A stretch of 19,246 nt of DNA. It comes from Fonticula alba ATCC 38817. Taxonomy: Eukaryota > Protista > Nucleariida. Of the stretch, positions 9,401-16,441 are shown in pieces. The notes beneath the pieces are model-generated. The model was not told where the DNA came from, did not search any database, and worked only from the letters and a program-made list of their open reading frames with translations. Location of the stretch: the NCBI GenBank assembly GCA_000388065.2, contig KB932204.1. One strand, given 5' to 3'. A program made the position numbers and the translations under genes. How positions within the stretch are numbered: position 1 is the first letter of the stretch; every line of letters begins with the position of its first letter.

Positions 9401-11506
9401 CGAGGCACACGATGTGTCACACGGCTGGCAGAGGCCCGCCTCCAGATTGATGAAGTGCCCTGGGGCACAGTCGGAGGAGCAGGCAGTGACGCCGTCCTGC
9501 TGGTCGAGCACCAGCCCCGGGAGGCAAGCCTCGCAGGAGGTGGCGTCATTGCAGGTGCCGCAGCCGGCGAGGCAGGCGGCACAGCTGCCGGTGGTGGCAT
9601 CGCCAAAGCGCGAGCTCCCGCAATCCTCCACACACCCGTCGGTGCGCGGGTCGAGGAACTTGCCAGCCGGGCAGGCGGTGCAGGTGGCGGCCGTGCCGGC
9701 GCATGCGGCGCAATTCGCCGCGCAGGACTGACACACGCCGGCCGAGAGATTGGCAAAGCGGCCGGCGCCGCATTGGTCCGTGCAAAGGGCCGGCGCCGAG
9801 TGCACAAACACCAGGCCCGGGGCACATGTGTCGCAGGTGCCCGGGCCGGAGCACTTGGCGCAGGAGCCATGGCACGCGGCACAGCGCCCATTGGCATGGT
9901 CGGCGAAGTGCCCGGAGCCACAGTCATCCGTGCAGGTGACCTGCCCGGAGGACTGGTGCTCGCGGAGGACGAAGCCCGCGATGCAGGCCCGGCACACGTC
10001 GATGTCGGAGCAGGAGGCACAGCCCGTGGAGCACAGGGCGCACACCCCCTCCGACGAGCCGAGCCAGCTGACCGCCTCGGATGGGAAGGACCCGGCCGGG
10101 CAGGCGGGCTGGCAAAGGCCATCCGCGCGGAGGAGCCCCACATCGCAGGCGGTACAGGCATCGGCACCGGGGCCGGTGGCATGGACACAGCTCGGATGAG
10201 CCGGGGCACACCGGGGCCCGGTGGCCGGCGACAGGTCCGCGAAGAAGCCCACCGGGCAGAGGGCCTCACAGCGGCCCTCCCGGAGGAGGCGATCCGGGTG
10301 GCAGGCCGTGCAGTCGGCAGCCCCGGGCCCGGCGCACGCGGCACAAGAGGCGTCACAGGCCCGACAGGCCCCGGCATCGGAGAACTGCCCATTGGCACAT
10401 GGGGCCAGGCAGGGGCCGGACCCATTGGGGGCCGGGGCCCCGGCCCCCATGCAAGCCGTGCAGTTGGTGCTATCCGGGCCATCACACCTCAGGCAGGACC
10501 GGTGGCAGGGCTGGCACCGGCCGGCCTGGGGGAAGCTGCCCTCCGGGCAGGCGGACAGGCAGGTGCCCTGGAAGAGGAGGTGGTCGGCCGGGCAGGTAAT
10601 GCAATCGGCCGAGCTGGGGCCGTGGCAGGTGGCGCAGGCATCATCACAGGGCTGGCAGTCGCCCTCGTCGCCGGCATTGAGGAAGCCGTCCGGGCAGGAG
10701 GCCGGCGCGCGGCAGGCACCGGCCTCGGTGAGACGGAGCCCCGGGGCACAGGTGGCGCAGGCGGTGGAGCTGCGACAGGTGTGGCAGCCCGCGGCACAGG
10801 CATGGCACCGGTACTCCGGGCCGTTGGTGTCCATGTGCAGAAGGGGGAATTGGCCGGATGGACAGGGGGACCGGCAGGAGCCGGCCTCCCCGGCCGGCAT
10901 GAACAGATCGCCCTGCCGGCACTGCAGGCACTCGGTGGCCAGGGGGCCGGCACATTCGAGGCAGCTGGAGTGGCAGGATGCACAGGCGGGAGATCCCTCC
11001 CCCTGGGAGAAGGTCCCGGCCGGGCAGCCGCCATCCGGGGAGCAGGCGCCGGTGGCCTCCAGCGTGCGCCCAGCCGGGCAGTCGGTGCACTGGCCATCCG
11101 GCGCACAGGTGGCGCAGGTGGCCCGGCAGGGCAGGCAGATGCCAGAGCCCGGGGCGGCAGCAAAGCCCGGCGGGCAGACGCTCACGCAGTCGCTCTCGAA
11201 GAGCACATGCTCAGCGGCCGTGGCCAGGCAGGCATGGCAATTGCCGGGCCCCGGGGCAAAGCAGGAACTGCACGTGGGATCGCAATCGGTGGTGGCAAGC
11301 CGACGGGCAAGTCCCGGCAGCCGGCCAGGGCCTGCTCCGGAGGAGGCCGCCATGGCCGTGGCGCTGGGCGACGGCGCGCCCGAGGGGGGGCCGCCCAGGG
11401 AGGCGGTGGCCCCGAGAACCATGTGCAAGAGCAGCAGGGCTGTGGCCAAGAGCCGGGCCAGTGACGGGGGAGGGCCCGCCACCGGGTGAGGTCTTACCGC
11501 AGCCAT
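6439..11506 (-). CDS. Single-pass receptor-like protein kinase (TKL/TK-like) with signal peptide and ~19-20 furin-like (FU) Cys-rich repeats, ~1454 aa, 6 coding exons
   Basis: Exons 11506-8221, 8050-7889, 7805-7425, 7287-7070, 6917-6800, 6638-6439 total 4365 nt, all GT..AG and phase-compatible (the intron 7888-7806 contains the N gap). Features in order: hydrophobic signal peptide LARLLATALLLLHMVLGATA; repeats of CxxxCxxC..C..C..CPxG(F/Y); TM helix IGVGVGVGVGVTILLVGLLLVGLLLY followed by RRR; kinase motifs LGEG..A.V, VAIK, FHNEITIL, HRDIRPAN, GDFA, YSSPE, SDVFSAG, CWDVQPEGRPS. Confidence 0.9.
7841..7869. other. Assembly gap (29 N) inside a kinase intron
   Basis: N run. The flanking donor (7888) and acceptor (7806) are phase-compatible, so no coding sequence need be missing. 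Confidence 0.9.
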
Positions 11507-11780
11507 GGTGGGAGCTGGAAGGAGAAAAGGAAGGGAAGGAAAAAAAACACCACACATGGGGGGGGGGGTAGGGGAAAGTGTGTGGGAGGGATCGGCAAGT
11601 CTCAGTAGAGGGGGACTATCCGAGCATGCATGTTGGCAAGAAAGTAGCACAGAGAGGGGACACGGGGGGGGGGGAGGGGGGGAGGGGGCAGAGAAGGGAG
11701 AAGGGCGTGAGGGCAGGAGACGGGTGTCCTCGGGGGGGCCTGTCGCCCCCGGTAGTCTGGGGTGCCTGCCCAAGAGGGCC

Positions 11781-11907
11781 GGGGGGGGGGGGGGGGGGGG
11801 GGAGGGGGGGGCCTTTCCCGGGGGGGGGGGGGGGGGGGGGGGACGACGCGGGATCGGGGGGCCCCCCCCGCCCCATAAAAAAAAAACCCCCCCCCCCCCC
11901 CCCCCCC
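11781..11907. repeat. Cluster of long homopolymers (G22, G23, A10, C21)
   Basis: Read directly. Other long runs are C33 at 12606-12638 and C44 at 18744-18787. Exact lengths may be assembly artefacts. Confidence 0.75.
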
Positions 11908-12602
11908 GGCTGCACGATCGCGCCCAGCGTGGACCGGCCGGCGAACACGGGCCGGCAGCCGGCGGCTCCCCTCGATGCCTGGGAGAGAGGACGTCTAAAT
12001 GGGGCCCGCCCCCCCCCCCCGGGGGAGTGTGTGGCCAGGTCTGCGGCCATTTTACGCGAAGAGGACGCAGATGGTCAAAACCACCGGCTAGAATCCACCC
12101 AGGGACCGGGTCAAGCCGCCAGGCCCCGGGCGGAGGTCGGGCTGGAGCGCATTGGCTCCATTAGGCCGCCGAAACGGGGGCGGGGCGCGTTCGGCGGGGA
12201 AGCCCCTCCGTTGTACGCCCCGCCTGCGCCCGGGATGCGAGGCGGCTCCCCGGCCCCCCCCCCCCCCCCCCTGGCTAGCTCGCCAGCCTTCTTTTTTCCC
12301 GCAGCCGACGCCGCGCTTCCCGGCAAGGTGCGATCCCCGGAGCCCGGTGTGTGTAAATATGAACGTGTGTGTGGTGTGTGCGCGTCCATGCCCGTGTGCA
12401 GCTGGCCCGCTGCCGCCGCCGCCGCCGCCGCTGGGGCCGGGGGGGCGTGGGGGGGGGCCACACCCGGCCCCGCGTCGGAGCCCATTAAGCAACTCATCTC
12501 CCTTCGTAGGCGGCCCCCAGGGGGGGCAGACATGCCGGTTGCACATTCTCCAGAACACGCGCGCCCCGGACGCCGGTGTTGTCTCGGTTCCACCGACGCC
12601 TC

Positions 12603-12640
<38 letters not shown>

Positions 12641-12756
12641 GCCGCCAGCGTGTGCCACCAACGCCCCGGGGGTGAGGGCTCAGACGCGCCCACGCACGTC
12701 TCTCGCCCTCTCTCGGCCGACGTGCGTTGGGATTTGCCCCGCTTGCGAGGGAAGCC

Positions 12757-12762
12757 AAAAAA
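12757..12762 (-). terminator. RNA polymerase III terminator (T6) of tRNA-Lys
   Basis: TTTTTT on the minus strand, 4 nt after the discriminator base. Confidence 0.8.
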
Positions 12763-12766
12763 GAGA

Positions 12767-12839
12767 AGCCCACTGTGGGGCTCGAACCCACGACCCTGGG
12801 ATTAAGAGTCCCATGCTCTACCAACTGAGCTAAACAGGC
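12767..12839 (-). tRNA. tRNA-Lys(CUU): tRNA-Lys, anticodon CUU, 73 nt, no intron
   Basis: Minus strand reads GCCTGTT TA GCTC AGTTGGTA GAGC A TGGGA CTCTTAA TCCCA GGGTC GTGGG TTCGAGC CCCAC AGTGGGC T. The cloverleaf is complete, with intact A and B boxes. Anticodon CTT is at 12806-12804. Confidence 0.97.
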
Positions 12840-13172
12840 ATTCGGAGGCGACCAGGTCGAAGTTGAATATATTCCTGGCGTTTTGGCCCCGGTCTTTGCA
12901 GGCACAGCGGCGGTTGCACGTCCACTACGATGGGCCAGCCACACACACACGCACACCGGGCACCGGGCGGATTCATCGGCCTGCACGGCTCCCTCCCGTT
13001 CCACCCCTCACCTGACGTCACCTGCCTCCGTTGCTCCAGCCCCTTCTCGCCTCTTTTTTTTCCACCCCCCCCCCTCTCCCGTTTGCTCCTCTCCCTCTCT
13101 CGGCACCTTTCCTCCCGCCCTCCCCCCCCTCCCCCCACGCTCCCCCCATCGCCTTCCTCCTCTTGTCCCCAC

Positions 13173-15962
13173 ATGCCGCACGACGGTCAAGCGCCGGAGG
13201 GGAGGAAGCGCACACGCGCTCCTGGCCCCGATGCCGATCCCTCTCACGCCCACCGGCCCAAACGCCGGCTCGACCAGACGGCCCACATTGAGGGCCTTCT
13301 CCGGCGCTGGGTCGCCGGCAGCTACCCCGGCCTGGGGGAGAGGGCCGCGCGCTTGGCGGCTGGCCCTGGTGCCAGCTCGCGGCGCGATGTATGGCCGCCG
13401 CTCGCCGAGCTGGCCGAGAAGTGGCGCGCCTCGACCGAGGCGGCCGACCTCCCCTCGGGCCCGGCGGCCGACGACCGGCAGAAGCGCCTGCTGGAGCTGG
13501 CTTTGCGCCGGCTTCTAAATGAAGCTGTGGTCCGTCGGCCTGCTGCCCCTCGATGCCGGCATGTTGTTTGTTTGTTTTTTTTGCCCTTTCCAGCAGACGC
13601 CCTCGCCCGCCGCTCCCCCCCCCCCCCCTTCACCCCCGGCCTGGCTCCCCCAAGACTGACTTAACATCGCCGACGAGCCAGCGCGCCAGCCCCGGCGCCC
13701 CGTTCCTGGCTACCGCCTACCTGGATGTGGCCTTGCTGATTGCCGAGTCCGGCCGCGCGGCCTACGACCTGCCCCTGGCCCTGGCAGCCGAACTGATGGC
13801 CATGCTCAGCCTATCGGCCGCCGAGAGGACCTTCGGCTGGCTCGAAGCCCGGCAGGATGCCTTCGACTTTCGCCAGAAGAACATCAAGGTGCGAGGGGCT
13901 CCCCTTGAGCCGGCCTCACGGCCGGCTGCATGTGCCGCTCGGCCACCGGCGGGCATGCCTCCTTCGCCGCCCGGCTGCCCACTCACACATGCATTCAACA
14001 CACGGCCATCCCCCCTCCCCCTTGCTTCGCGCGCTCCTCGGTCGGGGGCCGCCCACCGTAGCCCGAGCCGACCATCCTCATTCTCCTGCGCATGATCAAT
14101 GATCTGATTCGGCGGCCCGCTGGGCCGGACTTCTCCGTGCGCATTCGCCTGCTGGCATCGCGCTTCTTGCCGCTGCACGAGCGCTCCGGCACCAACCACC
14201 ATGGGGCCTACTTCCGGGGCGACACCCCGGTCCCCGGGCCGGCGGAGCGTCCCGAGCGCCCGACCCCCTCCTACAAGGGCCCGGCCGAGTGGGACCCTGT
14301 GGGGGGTCCGAATGAGGGCGGCCGCGGCTCGGTCGCCGGCCGTGGGTCCGGCTCCAGCCCGGCCGCCCCCTTTGTCAGCGCCGACCAGGCGTTTGCGGCC
14401 TTCTGCTCGGTGCAAGCCGCCTTTTCCCAGTCGCTGCGGCAACTCACGGCATCTGGCATCCTCAGTGAGCTCATGGTGCGCTGGGCCGTTTCTCCACACG
14501 AACACGCGGCCTCGGGCCGGCGCCTCCCCCACCGGGCCTCACTCCCTTACTGATCGGTCCTCTTTGTGTGGCAGAATATCCGCACGATCCTCGGCTTCTT
14601 CCACTACCAAACCACCACCAATGACGAGAGCGCAATCCGGCGCCCGGCACGGGTGCACAGCGTGGCGGACTTCATCACCGCCGCCCGACGCCTGATCTCC
14701 GAGGACCCGTCGCGCGACGGCCAGATGCCCGGCAGCCCCGACCCCGAGCCTCGGGCCAGTCGACTTGCCAGCGAGGCCGAACGCGCGTCCGGCATCCTCC
14801 CCAGCTGGCATCTGGCCCCGCGGTTCATCCTCCTGCCGCATTTGTTCCCCCTGCAGGCTAGCAATGCGGACTTCCGTTTGCAGTTCTTCATCCAGGCCCT
14901 GGTGTTCCTGGACTCCGTGCTGGCGCTGTGCCCTGCCGCCCGGTCGGCCGGCCCCGAGGCCGAAGGCACCTCCGCCGACGGCCCGGCCCCGGTCAAGGCC
15001 CCCTCGCACATCAACCGGGCCATGGTCGTCCGGCTGAGTCTGACATCCGAGCATGCGGACCTGGCCGCGGAGCTAACCAGCCGCATTCACGCCATCCTCG
15101 AGACCGATGAGGGGCCGGCCATGCCGAACCTCGGGACCCTGCTCGAGCACCTGACATTCAACGAGCAACACTGGGTATGCAATCACACCCCTTCGGCTCG
15201 CTCCAGCGGGCGGGCCGGCGGGTGGGTTTCCTTTCCCCCTTTCCTCTTGGCCTTTCTGTGCCCCCCTCTGACCGACCCCCCCCCCCCCCGCCGCCCCCGC
15301 CGCGGGGCTCGGCCACTCCGACACATCAGATCCAATGGAAAAACAACAATTGCCCGCCGGTGGAGCTGCCTGCCACTCCGGCGGTGGCCTTCGCCCTGGG
15401 CCAGGAGGTCCTCCGGCAGCCGGTCCCCCCTCCGGGGACCACGCGCGACGCCGGCGACCTGGAAGCCGAGCTGGCCGAAACCGACCCCACCTACCGGCTC
15501 AACGCCCGGGCCGTGGACCTGGGCTCGGAGCATTTGAACACCCTCTGGGGAACAACGCGCGACCCGTTGGCTGCCCTGAGGGACACCTCCTTCCATGTGC
15601 CTGGGCTGGAGGACCTGCTAAATGAGCAGAATGCCGATGCTCGGACCATTGTCCAGACGGAATTGTCCACCTGGCGCACCATGCGCCAGCTTCTGCAATC
15701 GCGCCAGGCCATGGTCAACAACTACTGGCGCGACCTGTGGTCCTATGAGGGCCGGCGCAGCAAGCAGATCTTGGCCCAGCTAAAGAAGGACGATGTTCCG
15801 CCCGGGGACCAGACGCAATTTGAAGCGGCCCTCGGTCGGGCTGCCAACCGGGCCGTGTGCCCGTCGTACGCGGTGCCGATTGGCGGGGCATTCTTCCCGA
15901 ATTTGCAAACACCGCGCCGGGCCCAGCGCGATCCGGTCACCACCCCGGCCCCCGATGCATGA
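13173..15962 (+). CDS. THOC1: THO complex subunit 1 (THOC1/Hpr1), ~745 aa, 5 exons
   Basis: Exons 13173-13529, 13655-13888, 14062-14475, 14575-15174, 15330-15962. Thoc1-type motifs: LELALRRLL, LPLALAAELM..L....ERTFGWLE, LLRMINDLIRR, RIRLLASRFLPLHERSG.N, LQASNADFRLQFFIQALVFLD, EQHWIQWKNNNCP, YRLNARAVDLGSEHLNTLW. The 3' end is less certain. Confidence 0.88.
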
Positions 15963-16153
15963 TCGTCGCCCTGCGGACGAGCAACAGCCCCGGCACATGC
16001 ACAGGGCACATGCCAACCAAAAAAAAGCAGACAAAATACATGTGAAAGCACCCGCCCCACCCCCCATCATCCTCGGCCGGTGTGTCGCCTGGCTCCGTTA
16101 CTCATGCGAGGGAGGAAGGAAACTGGCGAGAAGGAAATGCAGTGCGATCCGTC

Positions 16154-16253
16154 AGGGAGAGGGAGAGGAAAAGTGAGAGGGAGAGGAAAGGGGAGAGGAA
16201 AAGGGAGAGGGAGGGGAAAAGGGAGAGGAAAAGGGAGAGGGAGAGGGGAGGAG
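16154..16253. repeat. 100-nt polypurine tract built from GGGAGA/GGAAAA units
   Basis: Read directly: only one pyrimidine (T at 16174) in 100 nt. Lies between the convergent THOC1 and sirtuin stops. Confidence 0.85.
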
Positions 16254-16441
16254 CACACATGTGAAGGTGTATTTTCTTTTGGGGCCACCCCCCATGCTTC
16301 GCTGCAACAAGGGGTACATGGAGAGCAGGACACAAGGACGGGCATATCGGCAACAGGAGAGAGGGAGCGCGGGAGGCCATTTTGGCCGGCTTCTCCGGTC
16401 CTCTGCTCCCTCGCTCCTCTTGCCAGAAGGGGGGGGGGCCA

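Noticed and set aside
9260-11300. Periodic repeats considered as a CRISPR-like array or mobile element
   Set aside because: The periodicity is at protein level (FU repeats) with diverged DNA. There are no identical direct repeats with spacers, terminal inverted repeats, or transposase/RT motifs anywhere in the window.
8384-11464. 1026-aa plus-strand ORF antisense to the furin-repeat exon
   Set aside because: Shadow ORF. It is Gly/Ala-rich with no recognisable motif, as expected opposite a GC-rich coding strand whose codon usage rarely produces TCA/TTA/CTA in that frame.
11781-11907. G-run/C-run inverted arrangement as a large hairpin or transposon end
   Set aside because: Pairing relies only on homopolymers whose lengths are unreliable, and there is no target-site duplication.
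11578-13004. Several 200-365-aa ORFs between the kinase and the tRNA
   Set aside because: Dominated by poly-Gly/Pro from homopolymer runs, with no consistent splice structure or motif.
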